From: Pseudovirgaria hyperparasitica
Taxonomy: Eukaryota
Direction: 5' to 3' (one strand)
Length of the DNA: 64,000 bases
NCBI GenBank assembly: GCA_010093815.1
Contig: ML996577.1
Of the stretch, positions 37,750-50,481 are shown one piece after another. The notes beneath the pieces were generated by a model, which saw only the letters and a list, made by a program, of their open reading frames with translations, had not been told where the DNA came from and made no database searches. Both the position numbers and the translations under genes were made by a program. How positions within the stretch are numbered: position 1 is the stretch's first letter; each line of letters starts with the position of its first letter.

Positions 37750-38885
37750 CATTTTTGGGATTAGACATGACACATCAAGGCGCTCAAAGGACCATAAGGA
37801 CGAATGTATACGATTATATTACCTGCGCAGCCGCAGAGATTCGCATGATTGATGACTTGAAGAAGTCATTCGCACTAAAGGGAACTCCCTTTGTATATGG
37901 AATGTGTCGAAATGGGTGTACACAGAAGGTCGCAGATCACAATGAACACTCGAAGCATCTATGCACATATCGCCCAACAAGTCTCATCCTCGTTGGAACC
38001 TACCATGGTGGGTTGATTCTGCCCCTCCACACACACGTGATTGTACATATGTCGCGCATCGAGGCACATGAAACTCGCCTCGTCTCCAGGCACCACGAGA
38101 CTTCATCCTTGCCAAGTTCCCTGCGAAATTCTCCGAGCCTGTCGGTCAGATGCCGAGCCTGAGTCAGCATGTTATGATACAAAGTTATCTTCCGACGTCG
38201 GCCCGGCGAGCTGAATCTCGGTGGAAGTATTCGCCGAAATCGGCATCCTGGAACTATAACGTTCCCAAATTGTGGTTCCTGCTCTGCATCAATTTGATAC
38301 TCGGTTAGATCGGCAAGCGATGCTATCGAAATTGGTGCAGCAGTCCATCGTTGGCAGCTTGTCATTCACCCCCTCAGGATACATGAACAATGGCCACGTC
38401 GTCAAGCATATCAGCCAATGTTCAACAACGTGGACGACGGAAACAGCACATAACATTCATTGCTAAGACGGTCGTTCATGCACAGGAAGGGGGACCCGTA
38501 TACGGCCAACTGATGTAGGACATGAGGGAGATCAACGGCAGTCAACCTGAAATCCTTTTCTCATCCTTGTCTTAAATGTGGGTATGAGCACCTAAAGACA
38601 AAAATTGAACAGAATGCAGTATGCACTAATCACTGACTCATATTCACTGCTGTCCTGCCTTGACTTATATCTTGCTTCTCAAGCAGTCGGAAGGTGACTC
38701 CCGATTGTCGAGCGTATAACGTGAAGTCACTTTCGTTCGTTCCATATTACGTCCCTTTTCAGTCACAGCTTGAATAGTGAAATTACCATTAGACTTTCAG
38801 ATCATTTCAGTCAAGTCTGCGTTCTACAAGACTTCAGATTTCGCCAACCTTGAGACAGTCTTTTCCTTCAAAAGGGCATACCCCA

Positions 38886-40726
38886 ATGGCACAACACATC
38901 ATGGCCCCGCAAAGTAACAATCTGCATTCCATGGCCCAAGCCACCCACGACTCGGCTCGTCCCGACCCTATCAAAGACCAAACCCGGAGACACACTTCAC
39001 AACTGGACCCTGACCTTGAGCCCCTGGAGCACATCATCAGTCATGTCAGCACGCATGATTTCGTCGTAGCTCACAATGCCTCGACTACTGGAGCATATGA
39101 AGACATTGAGAACGAAGACCCGATTTACGACCGACTTTCTCCGGGCCGGAAGACCGTAATCGTGGCCATCATGTCCTACTGTGCTTCGTTGGCGCCAATG
39201 TCATCGACGACGATCATGGCTGCGGTGCCAGAGGTTGCGACTACATATGGGACCGATGGAACTATCATCAATTTGTCGAATGCAGCGTACTTACTGGCGA
39301 TGGGAGTAAGTCCACTGTTTTGGGGTCCTATTGCGCAGATCTACGGTAGAAGATGGGTATGTTTCCCCCCTTTTTTACGGTATCTTGTCATCATGTCTCC
39401 TTGATCAATGATATAATCCTTGTACTGCCGCCATCATTTTCTCGCGTCTCGAGTAATGACGCAGACATCATGTATTATATCATCTTACTAATAGGCCACA
39501 GTCCTCCGTCATTGCCATCGTCCTCTTCTTCGCGTTCTCCGCTGGCTCCGCCGCCGCCCCTGATCTTGCCTCATTCTTTGTCTTCCGCATCCTCACCGCC
39601 TTTGAAGGCACATCACTTATCATTATTGGCACCGCCGTTATCGGCGACATCTACAAACCCACTGAGCGTGCCACATACGTCGGCTGGTTCCTCACCGGCA
39701 CTCTCGTAGGTCCAACTCTCGGACCCCTTCTGGGCGGTGCCATTGTAACGTACAAGCCCTGGCGCGACATTTTCTGGTTGCAAGCAGGCCTCGCAGGATT
39801 AGCAGTTACACTGGTGTATTTCTGGCTACCGGAGACGGTGCATCATAAGCGGAGCGCTGAGCTCAAGGGGCTCGGAAGGAAGGAATACACAGTGCGGCTA
39901 CGCGAGTGGCTTAACCCCTTCCGAGTCGTCAAACTGTGGTGGTATCCCAATCTGCTCTTCTGTTCCATCGCGACAGGCGCGTTGGTATGGAATATGTACT
40001 CGCTCCTCACCCCAATCCGATACGTTCTCAACCCCCGCTTTGGACTCACTTCGCCACTGCAATCGGGCCTGTTCTATGTTGCTCCCGGATGCGGATACAT
40101 GCTCGGCACGCTGTTCGGTGGGAAATACGCCGACCGGGTTGTGCACAAATGGATTGCGAAGCGTGAACGTCGGGTGCCTGAAGATCGGTTGAAGAGTTCG
40201 TTCATCGCCATGGGCGTAGCGATACCGGCGTGTATGCTGGTGTATGGCTGGAGCATCGAGAAGAAGAAAGGAGGAATCGCACTGCCGGTTGTGGTGATGT
40301 TCTTGCAGGGTGTCGCTCAGCTTATCTGTTTCCCTAGCATAAATACGTATTGCTTGGATGTGAACCGGAAGAGGTCCGCGGAAGTCATTGGTGAGTGTCT
40401 TGTCCCCTATATAAGGACAACACTGGAACTAACCACGTTTTTCAGCCGGGAACTATGCCGCGAGATACCTCTTCGGTGCAGTCGGAACGGCAGTCGTCCT
40501 CCCAGCAGTGCGCAAGATTGGCGTAGGTTGGTTCTCCACCATTTCCGCTATTTTTCTAGTCGTTGCGACGGTCGGTGTCTGGCTCACAGCATGCTACGGC
40601 GAGGATTGGCGCGTTGCAATCGAAACAGAAAAGATACCTGATGAGGAAAAGAGCACAGCAACAGCACAAGGAACGACTACTCTGGTCAACGCAGGTGAGA
40701 GTCTGCCTCGAGCAAGAGCCCATTAA
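38886..40726 (+). CDS. MFS drug:H+ antiporter (DHA1, Dtr1/Qdr-like); introns 39357..39501 and 40391..40445
   Basis: SPLFWGPIAQIYGRR, IGDIYKPTER, GPTLGPLLGG, WRDIFWLQ, LPET and PEDRL motifs. Confidence 0.85.
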
Positions 40727-41042
40727 TTTGAGTTGCGTAGCGCGAATATAGCGATCTGTGTGATTTCTGCAGCATTCAAGGCGCTGCTAAATTGAAGGTA
40801 CCAAAGTTTCTTTTGTTTGAACGAATTTGCATGACCCCTTTTTGGCGTTGATACCCCGTAGGTACGGATAATGGGTCCTGGGCTGCTTCGCCGGTAGGGT
40901 AGCGAACCTCTCACGACCTGATGGACTTTGAAGCAAGTGCATCTAATGATTTCTCATCGTATATATCTATCGTTATTAGCATAAGTAGACAATACAAATA
41001 GACAGTAAACTGGATCCAGACCGATCTTAGAACTCAGATTGC

Positions 41043-41288
41043 AGCTCCGGGAAGTGAGTGCTGCTTTGAGCTCATGCTCAACCTCACTATATCATGTCAC
41101 ATGTATCAAGAAGAGACCCAGAACTAGTCTTAGGAAGTACACGGGAACCAGGAAATATGGTCGAGAAATATGTATTTGGCAGTCTGCCAGTGATAAGTGT
41201 CCTGGCACACGGTGTTTTGGCCGATGACTAAGCCTCTTCGCCGCATCAGCAAGGTTCCGAGTCCACTGCCTGGAGCTCCAACAGCTCC
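41043..41288. promoter_or_regulatory. Cluster of GGAGCT/AGCTCC elements upstream of the proteasome gene (candidate Rpn4-type sites)
   Basis: AGCTCC 41043-48, palindromic GGAGCTCC 41272-79 and AGCTCC 41283-88, all within 360 nt of the ATG. Confidence 0.45.
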
Positions 41289-41401
41289 AGACAACCACCA
41301 AGGCTCCCGACTACACCTCTCTGCCTCCCACTTTGTCCAAATCTTCCCAGTTCCCTTGACTCACTTCTCCCATTAACTCGTCCCTCACACAAAGATTGAA
41401 G

Positions 41402-42423
41402 ATGGTACGTCGTATGCCTTGCACTCGCTCACGACAAGTGCCATGCTAATCATCATAGTTCATCTCGCGAAGCGAATATGGTAAGCTACGGAGTAGACTT
41501 GGATGTAACATCAATGCTCACATCCTACCTCTCTAGATCGTGGGATCAAGTAAGTCGAGCACAGGGTACGCATCGTTCGTGGGCTAACAGTCAACAGCAC
41601 CTTCTCTCCCGAAGGCCGTCTCTTCCAAGTCGAATACTCCCTTGAAGCCATAAAGCTTGGATCCACCGCCATAGGTGTACGTTATACCCGGCTTGCTAAT
41701 ATACTTATGGTCTAGATGCTCATACGATCAGGTTGCTACTGGCGAAGGCGTAATACTCGGCGTTGAAAAACGCGTAACATCCACCCTCCTCGAAACCTCT
41801 TCAGTGGAGAAGATAGTCGAGATCGACCGTCACATCGGATGCGCCATGTCAGGACTACAAGCTGATGCGCGCAGCATGGTCGAACATGCACGCGTTGAAT
41901 CTCAGAACCACGCCTTCCATTACGCGGAGCCATTGCGAGTTGAGAGTTGTACACAGGCGATATGTGATTTGGCTTTACGGTTTGGTGAGGGTGCGGATGG
42001 CGAGGAGAGCATTATGAGTAGACCATTCGGAGTGGCCCTGTTGATTGCGGGGTTCGATGAAGATGGGCCGTCGCTGTGAGTCTTGAAAACCACCGACATG
42101 GCCGCGCCATGTCCGAAGAGTCGACACACTAACATCGGGCTGAAAGGTACCACGCTGAGCCTTCGGGCACATTCTATCGTTATGACGCCAAAGCTATTGG
42201 CTCCGGTAGTGAGGGTGCCCAAGCTGAGCTCCAGAACGAATTTCACAAGTCCCTTACATTGTCGGAGGCCGAAATCCTGACACTCAAGACCCTGAAGCAG
42301 GTGATGGAGGAGAAGCTGGATTCGAAGAACGTGCAGCTGGCCAGCGTGACGAAGGACAAAGGATTCAGGATTTACACGGACGACGAGATGGCCGAGGTGG
42401 TGGGCAGGTTACCGACGAATTAG
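41402..42423 (+). CDS. PUP2: 20S proteasome subunit alpha-5; introns 41405..41458, 41481..41536, 41550..41597, 41677..41731, 42076..42146
   Basis: Spliced product [39 protein letters not shown]...[13 protein letters not shown]...[12 protein letters not shown]. Confidence 0.95.
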
Positions 42424-42719
42424 ACGGCCAGGTAATGCGACGGTTGAATGTATCATAGACAGGTCATTACAGCAAGCATAGTAGCATTGGCCAAAGGAAA
42501 ACATGACGCAGATTTACGAACAGCATCACGTATGCGTTATTGAAACGACAAATGAAAGTTTCGCTACGCTCGATCATGTTATCTCACAAGCCAGCCAATC
42601 TATAAGCATTACCACCCGGATCTACAACCAACGGACTTTTTGGCCGGTAATGTACAGTTCGTCCATGGTGCTCTCCTCCCGACGCACTTCCCGTCTACTC
42701 CATAAGCTTCTCGAGCCAT

Positions 42720-43344
42720 TTAGAAAGGGTTGTCCTCAGGCGCAATCTCCTTGGTGAAGAAAGAGCCAAGAATGGGAATCGGCTGCATAATATCCTTTGC
42801 TACGCGTGGGAGCTCGGCGAACATGAAGAGCGCGGCGAAGCCTGCTACACCACCGAAGCCGGCTGCGGTAATGCCACTGTGTACACTCCGTTAGCTTCAT
42901 TTACAGTTGGAGGAGTCGGGGACATACAATCGCGCCGCGCGGCCGAAGCTGATGCCGTGGAATTGCTTCACAGCCTTGTATCTGTATCGCATGTCCGTTA
43001 GCCTTCATGCTCGCCCAGATGGATGTCATCTTCGGTCGTGCGTCAAACTGTTCTCTTCTGCGCTACATTCCGTCCTTGCGTCCTTCCTTCATGCCCACTC
43101 TTTCCCTGATATTCTGATTCTTCCTTCTTGCTCTCTGGGTTATATCCAGTCGGAGGAGAGCACTCACTGTGGTCCATAGGGACTCTTGTACGCCGTGTAC
43201 GGCTCGCGCACCGACCAGGGTTGCAGGCCGCCTTTGCCGGTGAAGCCGGTGCTAAGGCGGGCGGAGGATTCCTATAGCCATCGTAAGTATGTAATTGAGG
43301 ATGTAGAGATAGCCGGGGAGGGATTAGCGTACGCTGACAGGCAT
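42720..43344 (-). CDS. QCR10: Ubiquinol-cytochrome c reductase subunit 10; introns 43272..43332, 42982..43167, 42877..42927
   Basis: Spliced YKSPYGPQYK...HGI...AAGFGGVAGFAALFMFAELPRV..DIMQPIPILG...EIAPEDNPF*. Not shown in the ORF track. Confidence 0.85.
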
Positions 43345-43599
43345 TGTGACGGTTGTGGGTGTGGATTGGGGAGAGGGAATTGGGCGTGCTTGGGTATGAT
43401 GAGATTTGAAGAAAGATGGCGGATGCGGACTAGTGGCTGAGCGCGGCTTTCAGGAGGGGTGTGATTGGTTGGCGGATGCACTTACATCTCCATGGCTTCA
43501 AGAATACAACTTCACAATATCTTACACAGGTTCGAATTGACCACTTGACCGGGCATCTGTTCTTCATTATTTGATCACCACTAGCTAGGTTAAGGATAT

Positions 43600-44712
43600 C
43601 TAAGCAGCTCTCATAGGGCATCCTTTCTCCTCCGCACCCGTCTTCTGCTCGACGATCTCCTTCGTAATCTTCATCAACTGCTCCATCAGCTCCATATCGT
43701 TCGCCTTATCGCTGCCCTTCTCCACGATTGCTGGCGGGCAGATATACTGACCCGTGTTGGTTGTCGTAGTTGCAGCGAACATGGTGCTGACGCAACCCTC
43801 GAATTGCGTCTTCTTGAAGAGCGCCATGCCGTACTTCATCGCGTAGCCGCCGAGTGGGTATGCCTCGAGAATGTGCTCGGACGTCTGACGTGTCTCGACA
43901 ATGCCCGGATGTATAGCGTTTACGAGCAGATTCGGGTGCGCAGATGAAGCATGGCGAGCGAGATATTTCGCATACAGTAAGTTGGCAAGCTTGCTGCGTG
44001 CATATTGCGCATTTGGACCATAATCCTTATTGATCTCCTCGATCGAAGCGAATTGTGTCTCCTTTGGTGTACTCTCGTGAAGGTTGGACGAGATGCATAC
44101 GACACGGACCGTGTTGCCTGCATCAGCAGTCTTCTCCAGAAGCGGTAGGAGATGGCTTGTGAGAACAACATGGCCAAAATGGTTTGTTGCAAGGTGCTGA
44201 TCGATACCATTGGTGGGCGCTTCCTGGTAGCTCATGATACCTCTGGCTGCGCCGTTGATCAGGATGTCGAGTCTGTCTGTTTCTCCTGCTATCTGTTGTG
44301 CGATCTTGCCGGTTGCATTCCAGTCGGACAGGTCGCATGAGAGCCACCTAACTTTCTTCGCGGAAGCTTCGCCCATTTCTTCTCTGATGGCGTTGATGGC
44401 ATCGTCGGCGATGTCTTTTGATAATGAGATGATGAACAGTTTGGAGACGTTCTTTGAGAGAAGAGTATGGGTGCAGCCGTAGCCAATGCCCTCAGAGCCG
44501 CCGGTGACCAGGGCGACTTTGCCGTCTAGCTGTGGTACCTCTTCCAGGCTGAATTTGCCAGATTGAGGTGCGAAAGACCCAGCGATTCCGCCGAGATTCT
44601 CTGCGAGTGTAGTTTTGATCGCATTCATCGTGAACGTTCTTGTCGAAAATCGTATGGGTGATCTTTGAATCGAAAAGATAGTATGGCGGTACGTTCGAAT
44701 GAAGAGAGACAT
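43600..44712 (-). CDS. Short-chain dehydrogenase/reductase (retinol dehydrogenase-like); second ATG at 44628
   Basis: TGGSEGIG, LDILINGAA, NHFGH, SSNLH, YARSK (YxxxK) and HPGIV motifs. Confidence 0.9.
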   Translation of the reverse strand: MSLFIRTYRHTIFSIQRSPIRFSTRTFTMNAIKTTLAENLGGIAGSFAPQSGKFSLEEVPQLDGKVALVTGGSEGIGYGCTHTLLSKNVSKLFIISLSKDIADDAINAIREEMGEASAKKVRWLSCDLSDWNATGKIAQQIAGETDRLDILINGAARGIMSYQEAPTNGIDQHLATNHFGHVVLTSHLLPLLEKTADAGNTVRVVCISSNLHESTPKETQFASIEEINKDYGPNAQYARSKLANLLYAKYLARHASSAHPNLLVNAIHPGIVETRQTSEHILEAYPLGGYAMKYGMALFKKTQFEGCVSTMFAATTTTNTGQYICPPAIVEKGSDKANDMELMEQLMKITKEIVEQKTGAEEKGCPMRAA

Positions 44713-45330
44713 TCAACAATTATGAAATTTAACACATGAACGTTACTGCGTTGGGCAGCCACGAACTTTGTATATACCGCATTTTTACAGAGTCGTGATG
44801 TCAGTACACTCGATCATTGTCGGGAAATCTAGCAGTCGTGACAGCATTGGCATCATTATCGGCGTCATTGTCATCATCATTTCTACGGGGTACGTAGATT
44901 CCGCCCAGGTAACACGACAGAGCTTACTCCGCGCCGTATATGTTTTGTCGTGCAAAGTATGGGTCTGCGATGTCCGATTCGATCTGACATGTACCATGCC
45001 TGAATGGAGGTGATAATATCTGTCCCTGTGACGTAGACTGAGCTTTGACCTTATCCATCCTGAAACTGGACCCGCAATTGAGCTTGACTTTGCGGTTCTA
45101 TATCCGGATGCATTATTCGCGCCTTTCCACATGAAGGCATTTGTTATACCTACAGCTTCACGATACATAAGTCAGGATTTGAGCAAAAAGATGTGCCATG
45201 GGAAGATGAATAAATGTTTGCTGTCTACCTTAATGTATTGTGCCAAGAATTCTTCATGACGCAAACACAGCTCTCCCGCACCCTGATCTAGCCAATCTTC
45301 GTCATTCTCACCACACCTCGAAAACTTCGA

Positions 45331-47386
45331 ATGGACCTCGACGCATGTTCTAAACAAAAAATTAGCGTCAATGGGAACGATGTCACTTCCTTCTGTCCCT
45401 CCTACGTCGGATCCACTCAGAGTCAGATTTGAGGACCAATTTGACCCCAGTATAGCTAGCTAACGTTGGCACAGAAGTTAATGAGTAAGGCAGCACTGGT
45501 ACCCACGTCCTGGTAGATTCAGTCCCATGTTCTTTGTAGGGGTATCGTTGAACATATATACAGTTTCGCCATAAATGACCCACCCATAGACCCCACTGAA
45601 AGGGCTCGAGACACAATCCTCTCAGTCAAGAAGCATCAGGATCTCGTTCGGTACGAAGGCCACTCACAACACTTTCGCACAACGATTGACACCTCTCAGC
45701 GCTCAGTTGGCAGTTATAGTATCTCCGGAAAGGGATTCTCAGCCACCCTCCACTGCTGCAAGCAGAGAAGCGGCCGATGAGAGGTTCTCGTCCTCCATTA
45801 ACACCCCATACCAGGGCTCCGGCATTCCTATAGCCCTCCCTCCAGAGCCTATAGAGAACTTTGCAAAAGACATCGATCTGACGCTGGAACTTCTTAAAAG
45901 ATATAACGATATCGCCGTACCTCATCTTCATGCTGTCTCAGGTTTTTGCGGCATACCTCTTAGCTCTATCGTACCTGCAAAGAGACGTGCATCACAGCCA
46001 AAAATAAGTACGAAGCCCTCAGCCTCAGCACTGCCGCGTCGCTCGAGCACAACAAACACAGTCGCTACTACTATCACAGACCCAAGGCACCCAGAGCCGT
46101 CTCGCAGACCATCGCTACCTCTTCCATCGCCGTATGGCACCAACACTATCTCGTCCCCTGTCGACAGGTCGCGAGATCCGCGCCGGGATCATCTCCATAG
46201 GTTCCCTAAATCTAAATCTCCAGGAGAAATCCGCTCAACTTTGGGACTCACACATAGCCCTATATCGAGCACCGGAATGCCCTCCCCACTAATCTCAGAT
46301 GGAAGACGCGAAAAAGATACTCCACGGGCAGTGGAACTAGACGTAAGGGAAGACGATCCTTCCCACCTTAGCGTCACTTCTCCGCGACCTATTCCGCCGC
46401 TCATTTCGAACACGGCACAATCATCTGTGGAAAAGACCCAGGATCCGCGCCGAAAGCGACAGGCACCGATATCCCCTCGAAATGTGGATTCTTCCATAGA
46501 AGGCGCACTGAACAGTGGCGGAGCACAATCAAGTATCATAAGGCCGAATTCCGAAGGGACTTCGCCCATGGGGAAACCACCTACCGAAATAACGCAAGAT
46601 CCACGTCGCAGGCCTACCGTACAAACCGCACAGCAGCATCCGTATGAGTCCTCGTCCGCAAACACCCCAACACAGCCCATAGGGTCACCAGCTACATATG
46701 TAGCGCCAAGTCCAACATTAGATCGAGAAGCTCATACTGGCTCTGCAGTGCCCCCGCGTGGCTCAGATGCATCGGCGACTTCGGTGCCACCAAAACCAGT
46801 ACAAGTTCTTGCGGGCTCTCGAGGGGGGCCAAGCAATGCTCCACAACAGACGACGCTGGATGCAGATGGAGATATTCAAATGGGTGGCACAGCGTACGAC
46901 GTGGCTCGAGATCCTCGCCGTCGGCCCTCTGTACCAACTCCAATCTCAGAATCAAACATTGTATCGGGTTCTAATAGTCGCGATAGGCAGCCACCACAGA
47001 ATCCAGCTCCCGCTCCCCCGGCGGTATCCAGCATCTCCCACTCTCTCACTCCTCGTGACGTGCACCCAGAGTTAATCCAGCCCGCAGCTCCTTCCAAGGC
47101 AGCACTTCCTCGGGTGTCGCCAAACTCACCTAATCCACATTTTGACGCTGCGACACTTTCCGCACTCAGGGCAGCCATCACAAACACTCCTCTTTACGAA
47201 GGCGACTATGTAAACCTGGCAAGAATAGGCGGTTATCTAAAGCAGAACTCGCCTGAGATTGACTTTCGGATCCTTGGGTACAACTCTTTATCAGACTTCA
47301 TGGACGCTTCTGGAATCGTGGAGACGCGGGCTTTCTACAAGTCTGGCAAAACAGCGGTCAAAGGTGCACGTCTCCGAAAGACATAG
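45331..47386 (+). CDS. Largely disordered Pro/Ser-rich protein with five DPR motifs and a C-terminal LOTUS/OST-HTH-like domain; tentative 5' exons 45331..45421, 45475..45484, 45540..45650, then 45700..47386
   Basis: 566-aa ORF. The C-terminus YVNLARIGGYLKQNSPEIDFRILGYNSLSDFMDASGIVE matches the LOTUS pattern. Upstream GT-AG introns keep the frame. Confidence 0.6.
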
Positions 47387-47706
47387 AGCTTATTGGGTCA
47401 TTACAGGTTGATGGTTATGGGAAGGGGAAGTGTAAATGTAATAGGGACGGTGGTCTGAAGTATAGGTCTATCGAACAATGACGTTCACGAGATTCGAGCG
47501 AATGTGGCATAGTTCAGCATGTGCAGAATCCAAATTTTACGGGGTATATCCTGTATAGAGCGATACAGGTCTTCAAAAGCAGTACATCGATCTATGCATA
47601 TTCATTCACATGACTTCCCGTAGAGGTTCTTCAGCGAGTATGCATGCACGCCAGACACCAGACGCCCTGCATGCTCGTCTCGATATACCAGACCGAGAAT
47701 GTTGAC

Positions 47707-50481
47707 TCAAAAGCCCTCCCCCCAAACCCCATCACTGGCCGTACTCAACCTCGCACACAGACTTAAAAATACCACCGTTTCCGTAGCCGCAAGGTAATTC
47801 AGCGTATCAAGCATGATTTTAAGATGTCTACTAAAGTTTTCCTCGTACTTCTTCAGCACCTCAAACATCTTCTCCACTCTATTTGGGTCGTACGCAATTG
47901 GTGCAGTTTTACTCTTCGAGTCGATGGGTTTCTTGGATTCGGCGGCGAGAAGTTCTGGGTCGGCTTGGATGAGGTATTTCGAGAGCGAAGAGGTGAAGTG
48001 TGCGAAGAGATTGCAAGTTGCAAGGATCTTGGAGTTGACCTGGGCGTTGTTAGATCTTGTGGCTCAGCAGAATAGGGGTGTGAGAGGTAGGGGACGTACC
48101 TTGAGGAGTTTAGCATTGGTAAGCATACACTCCTTGAGACACGTAGCTAGAAAATCGACGTGGTCCTGCATTAACTCATCAACGGTTCTCTTCGGCTGGA
48201 TAGGCCGATTGCCGGCCGTGTTGTGCTCTGCCACATCAGGTACCGCGAGGCGGTCCGTAAGTTTCTCCCAGTTCGGTTCGATGACCTCGGATGTACAGTA
48301 GTAGAGCAACTGCTGGATGAAGATCAACATGCGAGCGCGTAGTGTCCATGCGCGTCTTTTCCATGCCTCAATCCGCGGGTCCTTGCTACGGTGTTTCCAG
48401 GCGCGACCTTTACTATGCTCAGTCCAGCTATTTGCGAGGAGGGTTTCGAGATGGCGAAGAGACAGGAGGTAGCGAAACAAGAGTTGGTAGCGGGTGAGAG
48501 TGACACGGCTAACAACAAGAGAAAGGGGAAATGGCATGGCATAGTCGAAGACGAGGGCGTCGTAGCCAGTGAGGTCTTTGTCGTCGGTAATGGCAGGTTG
48601 CGTTGCCGGTGTGAGATAGTTTGAAATGCTGCCGTTGGGGCCATCTTGGTCTAAACCAGTGACATTCACGATCTTCATAAGCCAATTAGCAAGGCTGACT
48701 TCATTGATGGCGACTTTGACATCTTCTTTGAACGGGTCCTCGGCAGCGACACTACCGGGCTGACGAACAACAATGTCAAGTAAAGATTGTAGCTTTCCAA
48801 TATTAACTAGCTTGGCTTGTTTCCGTAGCTCAGAGTTGCTAAGTTCAAGGAAATAGGAGAAGAAATCGGAACGATCGAGGAAGAAGTAATGTTTGAGTGA
48901 GCGTAATCGTGCCGGAAGAGCGTGAGTCGTCAAAAGAAGAGTCAGTAGTTCAGAATTAGCGTAGGTGTAGGCCGAATTGACATTCTCAAGGAATCGAGGA
49001 TCGTCAAAGCTCGTTGGTACGTCCTCTACTACCTTGCTAACGTCGACGCCGCCACATTCGCGGACAACGTTGAGGTATTTTCCTGCCAGTAGCACCTTAT
49101 CTTTGACAGTTTCTAACTGGGGAGGTATGAGGTTGTCCCTGAGGGTGTACCGTTTCTCCCAGTATTCATCAGTATAGTCTTGGTCTAAGCGTTCTCGCTT
49201 GATACTCTTCTGCTCCTTGACGAGGAACTCGGCATGTGGATCTTTGATACCTCCATGGTGTAGCCATTCGTTAAGCATCACCATGTAAGGACGACTGGCC
49301 TCCCGTAATAGGGTAGTCAATAGTGTTTTGGCTGCCGGATCACCAGACATTGCAGCAAGCCTTTTTGTTATCAAGCCAAGAGCATTGCCTCCTTTACAGA
49401 CTTTCCTGCCAGGGAGTGTGTCTCCAATAGTTCCACCTTCTTTCAACGTTTCAAGGATATTTTGTAGGTCGTCGGTCTCATCGATTGAACCATCAGAGTC
49501 ATCGTCTTCTAGAATGGAATTGGCTTTCAGCAACTCAATTCCTAGGGTATACAACTGGAAAAGCATGTGGCTCGTGGGCTTCGTGTGCAAATTCAGTAAA
49601 TGAAGGGTGAAGGTAGCATTCGTCATCATTTGGTGCTCGAGTTGCGCCATCAAAACAAGGTAGTCTTTTAAAAGTTTGCGTACTGCAGCACACAAGGCGT
49701 GGCTCACAGCTCCATACTCCTCTCGACTTTGAACCTCAATGAATGCTTCTACTGCAACATAATGGGTTGCCATTTTCAGCATTGACATAGTGAGGTCTCG
49801 GAGGCTAGGGTCCAGCCCAGGTAGTATTGTAAATGAAGGGCCCCACAATCGTTCCGTCTCATTTGCTGGATCGTATGAGTCCGCAAATCGTACGTACTCT
49901 CCTTCAAATCCCATGAAAACAAACAGTAAGTCTCCAATGATCACAGATTCTTGCTTGTCCGAAGAGAGCTCGCTCAGTGGTTGAGGCGCTAGATTTGAGG
50001 GCGCCGTGGATGCTAAGGGAGGTATAGATATTCGAGCGCCGAGGGGAGCAGAATTATGCGGGATAATAGATACCTTGGGGTCCCACGGTAGAGCTTACAT
50101 AGCATTAACATCTTGTATATGTAGCGGAGAGGATTCTATTATACCCATGGGTTCTTCTTCATGTGTCTGTGTAGACATCGAAATTGGATCCACAAGCTTA
50201 GATGGCTTCCCCATGTCCTTGCTCTTTCTCGCATTTGGGCGATTGTCGTTGGCCGGCTTGAGAGGACTTCGAGCGGTACGGACTGCGACTGTCTGCCTGG
50301 TTGTCGTAACTTGACTACGTTCTGTCCTACGTTCCGCAACTGATGCAGTTGCAGATTCTTTGGTAGTCCGTATGCTGTTCCGTGTTTCCAGGGTCGATTG
50401 CGCGCCCCGCTGTCGCGTCGAGCCAGTGGTGGCAGATGGCTTTCGATCATGGCCAGGAGGATTTCGAGAAAATGAGGACAT
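47707..50481 (-). CDS. SPC97: Gamma-tubulin complex component GCP2 (Spc97/Alp4); introns 50094..50144 and 48040..48099
   Basis: DLLFVFMGFEGEY, EWLHHGGIKDPHAEF, YWEKRYT, LAGKYLNVVRECG, LKHYFFLD, FPLSLV and EVIEPNW motifs. Confidence 0.9.

Noticed and set aside
43529..43540. GGTTCGAAT B-box-like motif suggesting a tRNA
   Set aside because: No cloverleaf stems or A box around it.
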